Shown here one piece after another: positions 26,901 through 39,203 of a stretch of DNA of 64,000 nucleotides. The notes under the pieces were generated by a model, which saw only the letters and a list, made by a program, of their open reading frames with translations, did not search any database and had not been told where the DNA came from. The position numbers and the translations under genes are program-made. Position 1 is the first letter of the stretch. Each line of letters starts with the position of its first letter. This DNA comes from Octopus sinensis (Eukaryota): assembly GCF_006345805.1 (NCBI RefSeq), contig NC_042999.1:10602001-10666000 (forward strand). The letters are read 5' to 3'.

Positions 26901-27500
26901 GACCATTACACATACACAAACATGTGTGTGTGTTTGTGTGTGTAACCTTGTCATGACATCATGTGATGATTGTAAATGAGCCTCAATGTCGTACAAGTAA
27001 TGTTGTTCACTTTCAATCTGCCCCAACAAGCTCTGTCTTACCCATGCAAGCATGGAGAGAGGTGGATGTTAAAAACAACAACAAAGATAACGATAGAGGA
27101 AAAAAGCAAAGCTTTGCATCAACCTTGCTAAGTCACAGATGTTTAGGTCGAGGCAAGATTAATCGAGGGGGACAAAGCAGAAGAAGAAGAAGAAGAATTC
27201 TATAATTAAAAGATTAACAAGATAACAGGTATTCAGCTTTAAGGAACAATATGTTTACCTGGATTTAGAGAAAGAAAGGGATTAACAAATAAAAGAACTG
27301 ACAATCCACACCTCCTCCTCCTTCAAATGATGTTAGGGCAAGCATTACTGACAAAATTTGCAAGTGACAAGTGATTTTCTCTGATAAAACAGACTGGAAG
27401 TGAGAGAGTGTGTGCATTGAGAGGATGGACTGTGTGAGTGTATGTATAAAATGTGTGTGTGTGTGTGTGCATGCATACATACACCCACTGGTGTATATAT

Positions 27501-27730
27501 ATTTCTTTACTTCCCACAAGGGGCTAAACATAGAGGGGACAAACAAGGACAGACAAACGGATTAAGTCGATTACATCGACCCCAGTGCGAAACTGGTACT
27601 TTATTTATCGACCCCGAAAGGATGAAAGGCAAAGTCGACCTCGGCGGAATTTGAACTCAGAACATAGCGGCAGACGAAATACCGCTAAACATTTCGCCCG
27701 GCGCGCTAACGTTTCTGCCAGCTCGTTGCC
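27501..27730 (-). mobile_element. Young SINE, family B
   Basis: Core gagttcaaattccgccgaggtcgactttgcctttcatcctttcggggtcgataaa...gtaccag. Confidence 0.88.
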
Positions 27731-27991
27731 ATTGGTGAAAATATGTTATCCAACCTAGAGTAGCATGAACATGGAGGTTAAATGATGATTATGATATGTG
27801 TGTGTGCATGCATGCACAATAGATTTGAATACATCCATATGCTCACACTGACGTGATTAACATGAATAACTTTACAAAATATCTGACTAAAAACAAAAAA
27901 ACCCTGCAATTGGAAAGATTCACTTAAATTGCCGAATGTTGATGTCTACTTTTATGTAAATATTTCCTTTATTTCACTTGGTCAGGGATGT

Positions 27992-28037
<46 letters not shown>

Positions 28038-30533
28038 AGAGCAGAGAAGCTTCAATGAAACAAAATGCAGAAATCATGTTAAATATGTGGTAAGCATGTA
28101 TGAAAAGCATTCAAGTAATCGGTAGAAAATATTACATTTTTCAGTAGTAACACCCAAAACGTAACCCTAACATTGTTACCTATTTATATTAATTAGTTAG
28201 CGTGATGAATAATTCAAGTGTTTTTGGTAGTGGGAGGTGGAGAAGGGCCTGGAAAGATGCAGAGGAGTTTTTGCACCTGTTGATATTTTTCTCTGGAAAA
28301 ATTTGTTACATCTGCAGAAAGTGCTGAGGTCAACCAGTTCCTGGCACTATTTTGGTAGCAAACAGTAGGATGTTGGTTAATAAAATATTGCAATGGGTAG
28401 AAAGTATTGTAAAAACTAGGAAACAAACAAAAAAAAGACTGTTTATAATAGTTAATCACCAATAATTTGTTTCTTTAATTTTTTTTTGCAGTCTGCTCTG
28501 TTTATAAAGAAATAAACTGATTTATCAATCAATGATAATATTGGCTTAAGTTAGCAGCAGCCTTGAGGTTGCTTTTGACAGGCTTACAACAGAGAATTTG
28601 CGATGAATAATTGATGTGTGTGTGTGTGTGTGTGCACGCGGATGCGTGTGCATTTACATGTTCACACTCATTCAGATCAACATAAAAACAATTAGTTACT
28701 TCACCAGTGAAAGAATGCAACACACACACACACACACACACATGCACTAGTGAAATAGGTTTGGTGGAGCCATTGAAACAAGGCTATTATCAATACAACA
28801 TTCATGTAAACCAACAGACCACTCACAGGAGACTGCTTTTGGCATTGAGTAGTCACGTTGCTTGGCAGGTAACCAGTAATCAAAACATTGATCTGGGCTC
28901 TACACTGATCAAATTAATTAGCACAAGAGATTTAGACCAAACATTGCAATTTCAACAAGAAGGGAAAAGGGTTGTAGTTTGACATGAAACTGTTAATAGA
29001 TTAATATAATTAAGAGATTGGCTGTAAGAAGCCACAGGGTAGAATATGCATTGTATTTTCAATGGTGAGGCTCATGGTAGATTTAAAAACTGTAATCTGA
29101 CCCATGCAGGCATGGAAAAGAAGACATTAAAATGACGATAACGATGTAAACAAAAGTTGTATATCAACAAGCTTTCATTAACTGAAACCAAAATTTCAAA
29201 GATTTCCTTTTACATATTCTATCTTTTACTTGCTTTACTTTTAAATGTTAAATGGGCAGAAACACAGATCCAGGTTTTGACTCGGTCATATAATCAAAGC
29301 CTGGTATGTGTATGTCTTTCTTTGGATCTTCTGACTAAAACATACACAGATGTATTTATCACGTATATTCATCTTAAAACTTATATATGAAGTTGAAAAC
29401 TGCTCTAAAAGATAAAGTTAAAATTAACAAAATAATCCAAATACAACAGTCGACCAACCAAAACATTGTAAGTGGATTTGGTAGAAGGAAACTGAAAGAG
29501 ACCGATTGTGTGTGTGTATGTAAATGTGTGTGTGTGCATCTCCTTGATTTGACATTGGAATCCTTGTAAAACGAAAATCTCCATCACACATGTGGTGACT
29601 TTTCTCTCTCCTGTGAAAACATGTCTGGCCATGGAGAAATATTACCTTACTTGGACAAAGGTGAAGGTTGGTGACACGATGAGCATCCAGCCATAGAATA
29701 TCTCTTGACCAATTTTTGTCAGACCCATGAGTATGGAAAAGTGAATATTATGATAATGATGCTAAGTAGAACTTTAAAGAGACTAGATACGTTATTTGTT
29801 GACACGGCATCAGCTCTACATCTAATCCCACAAAATAATCAACAGGTGTGCAGACTCACAGACACTAGAAATGCAAATGCAGCTGAAGTACATCACTTGT
29901 CTCAGTTTAATAATTACAAAGATCTGTCTCCATGGTTTTGTGGAGCAGCTAATACTTGAGGAAGAGTAGCCATCTGAAATTACAGGTTCTGCAATAATTC
30001 CATGAAAACTGAACGACAATTCACAGAAGACACTAGCACGAAAAAACAGGTAGGAAACTTAAAATGCTTTGATGTACAAAATATACTACAACCCAGTCAC
30101 AAAAGCAAACAAATATCACAAATTTCTTCTCATGAAAATACACCTAATTTCTTGAAATGGTACCAAATCCTCACCTAGAAAACCAAAGGCTTCTATTATA
30201 ATTGGCAATGTTTTTATAGCATTTCAAATTACTCTATGCTGACGTATTTTTAAACATTTAAGAAAATATTTTATTTATGACTATTCCACTGAAAGTTAAC
30301 ACCTAATAAACCAAACAATTGATATATATATATATATATATATATAGATGTGTGTGTGTGTCTGTGAAATGAGTCATTCTTCTTGAAACCATTACCATGT
30401 GGTCTGATGCCAACAGAAGGTTTTTAGAACACACATTAGCTAACCATGACAGTTGTCTCTACATTGAAATGATGCAACAATTTTCAATGAAGTTCAAATA
30501 AAGCTTATGAGCCTTCCAAGAAGACATGTCATT

Positions 30534-30718
30534 TACCCTTTCAGTGTTCAAGCTGGCCGGATCTGGTTTTTCACACTTACCCTACAATATCATTCTAAAA
30601 ATAAGCAATCATATTATCGAAATCTCTGAGTTACAAGAGAATTCATGAATAACTGAAAACAACTTGAATAAAATAAGCAGATTACATTTGACTGAGTTAT
30701 CTGAATGCTAAAGGATTA
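30534..30718. mobile_element. Degenerate piggyBac-type MITE
   Basis: Decayed ends tttacccttt... / ...tgctaaaggattaa. Confidence 0.5.
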
Positions 30719-31061
30719 AAGAAAGAACACAACTGACATGGATTAAGTTATGAGAAGGGAGTTAAGGTATGTGAGATTGGCTCAACACAGGAACAACTTG
30801 CTGAAAGGTTGAATAAATGAGCTGGGGCCCGGTTAAAATATTAGATATAGCAAGTCACCTGAGAGATGAAGAGTTCAATTCAAATGCAAATTTTTTGTAC
30901 TTCAAGAAACTTTCTATGGGCAGAAGGGAGAAAAAATATATACACTGGTCTAAAAAATTGAAAAAACCCAGAAAGTTTTAGATTAATAGCAAATGGTATT
31001 TTTTGAAACTAATGATTCCATTATATAATGAAGTTATTAATTTCTCCTTTATTTGGCGTTA

Positions 31062-31206
31062 GGAAGGGCATCCAGCCGTAGAAACACTGCCAGATTTGAC
31101 TGGGCCTGATGAAGCCTTCTGGCTTCACAGACCCCAGTAGAACCGTCCAACCCATGCTAGCATGGAAAACGGACGCTAAATGATGATGATGATGATGATG
31201 ATGATA
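31062..31206 (+). mobile_element. RTE 3'-tail fragment
   Basis: Tail consensus plus (GAT)n. Confidence 0.85.
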
Positions 31207-32258
31207 TGGAGGATGAGATTTAGGATAGAATGTGTATTTTGATATGTTTAACTCCAGCTGTAATAATTATTATCGTTACACTTAACCCGTTTATAATTAC
31301 AAACTTCTTTGTTTAGTACAAAGTCTGTTTTGTGAAATCACACAGTATAATTGGTTGATTAAAAACTTTATTAGAATGCTATTTATTGTCAATCAAGAGA
31401 AATAGAGAGGAAATAGTCAACACTAGCAAGCTTTGTAGAAAATGATGCACTAAAATGTATACATTAAATTTTTACCCTCCTTTGTGATCCTGGTTTCTAG
31501 ATAAATTGCGAATATATTTCAATACATTTTGGTAATAAACAAAAACTAGGAAGGGTCTAGGAGAACAATGTACAAATTTATTACAAAAGTTGGTGTTTAA
31601 AATGCAACAAAAGCTTACATATAAAATTATATTGCAAGGTTTTTAATTTGAATATAAGCATTTTTAAAACAGGTGGTTTTTGAACCAGGAACCAAAATTG
31701 GTCTGATGTGAACTCATACCAGAAAAGGGCTCTGACAGGAATTAATACGAATATCATTTTTCAGGTTATTAAAGCACCTTCAATGATAATTAAAAAAAAT
31801 ATTTTGTCTTGACCATATCACTTGATTTGATCTTAAATTGCATCAGGTATCCTGGGTATGTGTACACTGTACCAAACTGGACTTAAACAGAGGACTTTTG
31901 TTTCTAAACTAACAGCAATCATCCTTCTTATTCAGCATTCTACAAGTTTAATCGTTTTCATTAGCAGCTGATACTAGCATTAGGATTTTATTTGGATGAT
32001 TTCATCTAAATATCTGTTTAGTCAGAAGAGAAAAGGTGAAGTTTCATTTGTTCAACTATTAAGCACAAACAAAGACAAAAATGTTAAAAAAAACCAAAAA
32101 AAAACCCCAGTGTTTCAACAGCATATTTTAGATACACAGCATCGATATTTACTGTTCAATTTTTCTTCTGTTCAACCAAATATCAAAAATAGTCTTTTCC
32201 TGCCAAAGGAAGTCAGCCTAAAGAGATTCTCATTTCAATAAACATACCATTTGTCAAC

Positions 32259-32291
<33 letters not shown>

Positions 32292-32963
32292 TACTATGAT
32301 TGCATAAATAGTGTTTTTACACTATGATACTCCCGTCCTTCACACCATTCCCATCACATGATTACTATTATTATTGATCATACCATTCTAACGGTATTAC
32401 TGATTAAATGCAATCCTCCACAGTCTACCGTTATTATATCAATAACCATCAGCTGGCAAAATAATGGTGGATTCTAATTAATAGACTTCCTCTCGATTTG
32501 TGTTCTTCAACAACAGACTTCCTGTTACAAACCAAATTGCTGCTGGCCAAATCAACAGGGTACTGATTCCATTAGTAAGACAATGCTGGCTACCTCAGTC
32601 TACGTTGATTAAAATAGGTACCACAAGGTGGTGTAGTAGTACATTTCAGTGTTATAGGAAGTGAGAGAACTTGAGAAGAAATAAATGTTTGCTCAGCTTT
32701 GCTATGCTAAATTAATAACCCCTTACAAAGAGGTCGAAGGCTCCTTTCTCAAACAAAAATCCTTAATTATCATCATCATCATCATCTAATGTCTGTTGTC
32801 CATGCTGGCATGGGTTGGATGCTTTGACCAGGGTTAGCAAGATGGAAGGCTGCACCAGATTTCAGTCTCATTTAGTTAATATTGTTACTGTCAGCCTTCA
32901 AAACATTATCTGATGTACATTATTTACATTCGACAGATATTTGTCCTCATCTTGTTTGTTGTT

Positions 32964-33009
32964 AAGACAACGTTTCGGCTGATATACCCTCCAGCCTTCA
33001 TCAGGTGTC
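32964..33009 (-). ncRNA. Second copy of the minimal hammerhead motif, sense to the host pre-mRNA
   Basis: Reverse complement reads gacac-CTGATGA-a-ggctg...cagcc-GAAACGTT-gtctt. Core intact; stem I has a C-C mismatch. Confidence 0.6.
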
Positions 33010-33344
33010 TTGGGGAAATTTCGAACCTGGGTTCTCATTCCTAAGGTATTTTTTGATGTTATTATTATTATTATAATTGGTCCCCTCCCCAAAACTTTTG
33101 AGTCTTGTGTCTAGAGCAGAAAAGATTATTATTATTATCATTGTTCAGGTCACTGTTTGGAATTGAACTTGGAATCTTGGGGTTAGTAGCCCATGCTCAT
33201 ATGGCGTAGTGGTTAAGAGTGCAGGCTACTAACCCCAAAATACCGAGTTCAATTCTAGGCAGTGACCTGAATAATAATAATAATAATGACAACAACATCG
33301 AAAAATACCTTAGGAATGAAACACCAGGTTCGAAATTTCCCCAA

Positions 33345-33390
33345 GACACCTGATGAAGGCTGGAGGGTATATCAGCCGAAACGTTGTGTT
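33345..33390 (+). ncRNA. Minimal type I hammerhead ribozyme motif (Penelope-like)
   Basis: gacac-CTGATGA-a-ggctg-gagggtatat-cagcc-GAA-ACGT-T-gtgtt: intact core, 5-bp stem II, palindromic ACGT stem III, 5-bp stem I (one GU pair), one extra A after A9. Activity untested. Confidence 0.7.
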
Positions 33391-34309
33391 AACAACAAAC
33401 AAGATGAGGGCAAATATCTGTCGAATATAAATAATGTACATAATTCCTCATCTCTTAAATATAGAACTGTATTATCTGATATTTTCACCTTTTTTTTTTT
33501 ACCACATTTCGGCTGAAATTTACTACTTAATTTCAATAATTTTGAAATTAATGAAGAATTTGGTAAAATAATTTTGTCATTAAACTGGTGTCTGGAAGTC
33601 AACATGAAATTGTGATGGAAGATTTTAATTCAGATCAATTTAGATCAGGAAGTTTCTATCATAGCATTAGGAGAGGTGGTCTCAAGTGGATTGGTACCTC
33701 AACATCATGTTTTGGGAGAAAAGGCTGGATAAAGGATCCTTAAACTTTTTAATAATAATGATTCAGCCAGATAAAATGATTTGATTCATAATCTTAAATA
33801 GGATAATCCATTCAAGACATGAAGTAAATTTACGCAACTTTTGAGGATTTTTACACTGTATACATCAAATATGTATTTACAGGAGTGCTGAATAAGATAC
33901 ATGTGTCTAATTGTCATTGTTTTTAACATCCACTTTTTCATGCTTGCATGGGTCAGATGGAATTCATTGAGGAATTACTGTTGCCAATCCTTGTTTCCAA
34001 ACAAGGAAATATTTCCCCTGAGCCAGACATGTTTTCACAGAAGATTGGAAACATAACATCATTTGTATCACAGTGATATTTATTTACAATCATTGCATGT
34101 GTTAAGAGAAAGGTAAGCATTGTGCATGTGTGTGTGTGTGTGTGCATACCTCTCCCCCCCAATAGGTTTCTTTCAGTTTCTGTCGACCACATACACTCAC
34201 AAGGCTTTGGTCAGCCTGGAACTACAATTGAAGAGACTTGCCCAAGCTGTCCTTCACAGTGAGGTTGAACCATCACCATCATCATCATTTAACGTCCTTT
34301 GATGACTGT

Positions 34310-34795
34310 CGTCCATGCTAGCGGGGTGCAAAGAGCACTTAAGAATTGACAGAGCAGCTAACCGGCTTCCACGCTAGTAGCACTTAAAAGGCACCATTTG
34401 AGCATGATCATTACCAGCGTTGCCTTCAAGAGCACCATCTGAGAGTGATCGTTGCCGGAGTGGCTATCTGGCCTCCGTGCCGGTGGCATGTAAAAGACAC
34501 CATTCAAGTGTGATCATTACCAACATCGCCTTACTGGCACATGTGCCGACGGCATGTGTAAAAAGATTCGAACAAGGTCATTGCCAGTACCGCCTGACTG
34601 GCACCGTGCTGGTGGCACATAAAAGCACCCACTACATTCTCGGAGTGGTTGGTGTTAGGAAGGGCATCCAGCTGTAGAAACTCTGCCAGATCAAGATTGA
34701 AGCCTGGTGCAGCCATCTGGTTCGCCAGTCCTCAGTCATACGTCCAACCCATGCTAGCATGGAAAACGGACGTTAAACGGTGATGATGATGATGT
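34310..34795 (+). mobile_element. RTE 3' UTR and tail
   Basis: Several UTR subrepeat units plus tail consensus. Confidence 0.85.
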
Positions 34796-35714
34796 TCCTA
34801 CTAGCATGGGTGGGACGGTTTCACAAGAGCTGGCCAAGCCAAAGCCTGCACCAGACTTCTGTGACTGTTTTGGCAGAATCTTTACAGCCGGATGCCTTTC
34901 CTAACATCAACCACTCAGCAGAGTGGACTTAGTACTTTTTTATGTGGTACAAGCACAGGTGAGGTGTGTAGTGCAAGGTGAATCTGAAATGATATGGTTA
35001 GGAAGGAAGTTTCTTAAACACACAGCCATGCCAACATGCATGTATGTAAGTGTGTGTGTCTACATGTATGTAAATGCGGGACATATTAACAGGAAATTTT
35101 GTTGGTAGATTTTTTATTTAGCTCATTTTAAAACAAGAAGTTTATGTCAGAGAACCAGAGCCAATAAATGTGAGGCAGGTTGATATGAAAATATTTGAAA
35201 AAGAAAGTCTTTTAACTTTAAGAAAAATTTAAGTTGTGCAAAATCATAATATTATGCTTATTTTTCACTAAATTCAATATTAACTCACCCCACCCCATAT
35301 TTTCTTGACATATTTACCGTTTGTAGGTATTTTCCTGTACAATTCTGTTTTTGTTCCTCACCTGGCACAAAGCCACTTCCCTTAATACAACTCTCCCTCT
35401 CAGTTGAAAGATCTTTGTCTTGTAAGTTATTTGGTGACCTTGTTGGTGCTAGTGAATTCTGTAAGGTGGGTAGCTTCAGGAAGGGCATCCAGTCATAGAA
35501 ACCATGCCAAAGTAGACAGCAGAGATGGGTGCAGTTCTCCAACTTACCAGCTCCTACCAAATCGTCTGACCCATGCCAGCATGGAAAACAGACGTTAAAT
35601 GACGATGATGAATTCTCCTATGTTTCCTGTCATTTAGAGCTCATCGTAACATTCATTTCGACTGGAACAAAATACATTAACATAGGAAACTAAAATGTCT
35701 ATTGTAAGGCCAAT

Positions 35715-35962
35715 TAAATACTGCATAAAACTCAATCCATTTCTTACCATTTTTCTGTTGAAATCCACTGCCTTCGTTTCAATTAGTTTTGGAAACAATG
35801 AGGAATTTAATAAAATAAATTTTGTCATTATTAAGCCAGTGTTTCGAAAATGAATTAACATGAAATTTTGATGGCTTTAAATTAGATCCCTTTAAAACAA
35901 GACACTTGTCTCAAAGAAACAGGGGTGATCTCATGCAAGCTGGAATCAAAATGGCTAAAAAA
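35715..35962 (+). mobile_element. Degenerate MITE (related copies at about 33490-33710 and 63030-63205)
   Basis: Shared AT-rich body (ttaacatgaaattttgatgg...agatc). The 63 kb copy ends aaagggttaa (piggyBac-like). Confidence 0.55.
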
Positions 35963-36101
35963 AGATACAATGGGGCAGTTCATAAATAAACTTAAGTAAT
36001 TACATTGGCTGGAAAGAAATGATAGTACATAGCCATTTTAATGCATCAGAGAAAGGAAGTTCAGAAGAAGAAAATGGAAAATGGCAAAAGAAATGACTTA
36101 C

Positions 36102-37419
36102 TTTCAGAGTGGTAACTTGAATTATGTGTAATTAGAGATCGATGGCTGCCTGGTAAGCACTGTTGGTAAGTATAGTCTTGGAGTATACTCCCAGCACGAT
36201 TGTCCAAGCAAACCTCATTAAAATCACTTCCACTGCTCTTTTTGGATTTTAAAATATTTTTAAAGTTATTTTGGTCATATGATAATGTGATTAAAGAGGA
36301 ATCAGATTTCTGAGGACTGAACGGTAGATTTGCGTACTCTGGCTCTGACTGAAGCAATGAGCGGAGAGACATTTGATTGTTGGACCGTTCATGGATACAT
36401 GCGTAATCCTGGTCAGTACTCTGAAATGAACCCTTCGATGAAATGCTATCCTGTACGGACACGGCACTGTCTTGCATATTGCGTAGTGACCCTTGGGAAG
36501 AGTGAGTGTCGGACATGTTGCGCAGAGACCCTTGGGAGGATTGGCTATCTGACAGATCACGGTTCCTCGACGAATGGGAAGCCTGGCTGTCAGTACGCTC
36601 GTGGAGGTAACCACCTCGGTGAGATGAGTGGGATGTATCACTATCTGATCTATCGTGACGATTATATCCATACGGGTCACTATATGTGTTACCACTTTGT
36701 GAACTTTGAAGAGTCATCACGATTTGTTCTGGTTGATAAGGGATATCGTAAGCTGGGGCAGATTGGTCAACGTTAATTTTCTTGTAAGAAGTCTGTCCAT
36801 CTCTTCGAGGTACACCTACATAAGCTGGATTGGTACGAGGAAATGATCTCGGTTTGGGCTTGTGGGGAATTGGGCTAATATCACCTTGTTGGTTTACTAT
36901 ATCTTGACTAAATGCAATAAATTCTTCTTTGCCAGAGGAATAATCTCCTCCATAAATACTTCGATCGGTTCCAATAATAGTTTCTGAGCCGTAGATTTCT
37001 GATTTAGTTTGGAGAGGGCTGGCACAGTAAATATCGGTTCGATAGTTCCCTCCTTGTTCTCCATAACTTCCTTGTCGACCATGAAAAGAATGATTATCTA
37101 TCTTGCTTGGACTGTCGTGCCAGCGGTAACTTCCATGTCTTGTCTGCATTGGCGTCTGTGTCCCACAGCTGTCCATGTTCTTTTGAGAAATATGGGCCCT
37201 CTGGATACGAGGAGAGTCTCGTAGCCGCAGGGATGCAGACCTTTCGAAAGAATCTCGACGTACCAGTCTTCCTTGGATGGCAAGATCCTGAGATCTGTCC
37301 AATTGCTGGGTAGACTGGGTGGGTTGGCTACCTCTACGGCGGAGGCGCTGCTCCCCATTAATATGATATTCATGACTGGAGCTGCTGTGGGACGACAGAG
37401 AATCTTGACGATCAAATCG
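36102..37419 (-). CDS. Large internal coding exon (1318 nt) of an unidentified Ser-rich, largely disordered protein (RFDRQDSLSSHSSSSHEY...HNSSYHSE)
   Basis: The 413-aa ORF extends 39 codons upstream to a polypyrimidine tract plus TAG acceptor (ctttctttatcttttatag|CGA, phase 0). Donor GAAA|GTAAGT at 36101 (phase 1). GC/CpG-richer than the flanks and free of repeats. An internal 39-nt duplication differs by synonymous changes. Confidence 0.9.
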
Positions 37420-38049
37420 CTATAAAAGATAAAGAAAGAAAAAGATTGTATTAAAAGAGAATTAACTCAAAGAAAAACAATTTGTGGTATAAGAAACAAC
37501 AGCATAATTGAAAGAGCATTAACGTTAGAATGCTTAGTCATTACAATTGAAATAAAGGAACATTGCAAAATTTAGCTGCCCAAATCATAGGTTAATAAAA
37601 GTTCGTTGTAATAACAATAACAACAACAATTCTATCAGCAAATTGTAATATACTCCTAAAACAAAACAAAAATGTCTGGCCCATCAATTATCAATAGATA
37701 TTTTTTTTTATTTGTCTGTTGCAGCAGCAATCAATCAATTATATTGCTAAACCATGGAACAGAGAGGAAATATATTATGATGCAAGTTCAAATAAAATAA
37801 AATAAAATAAGGCTAATATGAAAGCTTAAAATGTAATTCGAAGCTGGTAATACAACACCAGAAATTCATGACAGGACACCCGTAGAAAATCATGTTCGTT
37901 ATTTGGCCAAGATTCAATAGTATTGAATGCCAGAAAGTATCCGCTTCCGGCTATAAATTCTAACCATGTTCAATCACAAAGCAACTAAAGAACAGGCTCC
38001 AAAAGGGAGCAATAATAATAATAATAATAATAATAATAACCATATTATT

Positions 38050-38497
38050 AATGGTTCCAATTTTGGGACAAGTCCAGCAGTTTTAATAGGAGAGGGTCAG
38101 TGAATAACATTGACTCAAGTGCTCAATCACTACTTTATTTTATCAATTCTAAAAAGACGAAAGGTAAAGTCAACCTCTGCGGAATCTGAAGTCAAAATGC
38201 AAAAAGATGTGAGGAATGCTGCAAAGCATTTTGCTCAATATACTAAATGGTTTTGCTAGCTCACCGCTGTAGTAGTAGTAGTCCTTTCTACTATAGGCAC
38301 AAGGCCTGAAATTTTGGGGGAGAGGGTAAGTCGATTACATCAACCCCGGTGTTTCCCTGGTATTTAATTTAGTGACCCCGAAAGGGTGAAAGGTAAAGTT
38401 GATCTTGGTAGAATTTCAACTTAGAATGTAAAGGTGGACAAAATACTGGTAAACATTTTGCCTGGTGTGCTAACAATTCTGCCAGCTCGTCACCTTA
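38050..38497 (-). mobile_element. Two tandem family B SINEs
   Basis: Copies at 38050-38268 and 38281-38497, microsatellite-bounded. Confidence 0.82.
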
Positions 38498-39169
38498 ATA
38501 ATAATAATGATGATGATGATTTCTTTATTAAATATACAAAGGGTAAAGAAAAACATTAAGGACATAAATAATAATAATAATAATGATAATAATAATAATA
38601 ATAAATCTAAACCCTGTCAACTGTAAACAACTTTGAGAAACAAGTAGAGGGAAAAAACCCCCGAAGTATTAGCTAAAGATGTGAAAGCAAAATGTTGCTA
38701 TTGAGTCCCAATTCCGCAATGATGAAGCAGACCCAGGATGAAATGCATTGTTCTAGCTATGGCCGTCCCATTGTTTGCTCATACATTTTATCTCTGTCTG
38801 CATAATTATCCAATGTATCCTGTTTCTCTTTTTATAACGACAATAGAGAATGATTAGCGGGGAAATTTCGTTGCTATTTTAGCAGGTCAAACCACCCTGT
38901 AGAGGCTCTCTCATTAGCTTGTATCAAACTAGCTGTTGCATAATGGCACAAAATATTGCTGTGCAAACAACAGAGCCATTCACATCACCATTAAAAACCA
39001 GGCAGACAAAGTTTGTGACACTCCCCCACCATCAAATGCTTCATTCATCAGTTTAAATCCATTGTACTAACCAAACACAATTTGTAGCATTCAATGTTTA
39101 TCTAACAAGAAATTTCCTACACTAAGATGCCTTTAACAGTTAATCAGAGCTTCTAATAACTAGATCACT

Positions 39170-39203
<34 letters not shown>

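Larger units (their letters stand above)
32915..33475. mobile_element. Head-to-head inverted pair of a tRNA-headed SINE-like repeat with a Penelope-type hammerhead-containing tail
   Basis: 32915-33196 is the reverse complement of about 33220-33447, apart from a ~60-bp SINE 3' fragment at 33078-33140. Right copy has A box TGGCGTAGTGG (33202) and B-box-like GAGTTCAATTC (33245), then (TAA)n, then the tail. Confidence 0.85.

Noticed and set aside
31105-31130. CTGATGA motif suggesting another hammerhead (also at 6213, 44590, 53643)
   Set aside because: No stem II followed by GAAA and no stem I pairing. The 31105 site is a mutated RTE tail.
33200-33271. Functional tRNA gene
   Set aside because: Has A and B boxes, but the acceptor and T stems do not close and it is fused to a repeat tail. 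It is a SINE head, like those at 4650-4721, 14768 and 57490-57564.
36291-37415. Additional overlapping ORFs (134, 148, 105 aa) in the large exon
   Set aside because: Alternative-frame and antisense shadows of a GC-richer coding exon.
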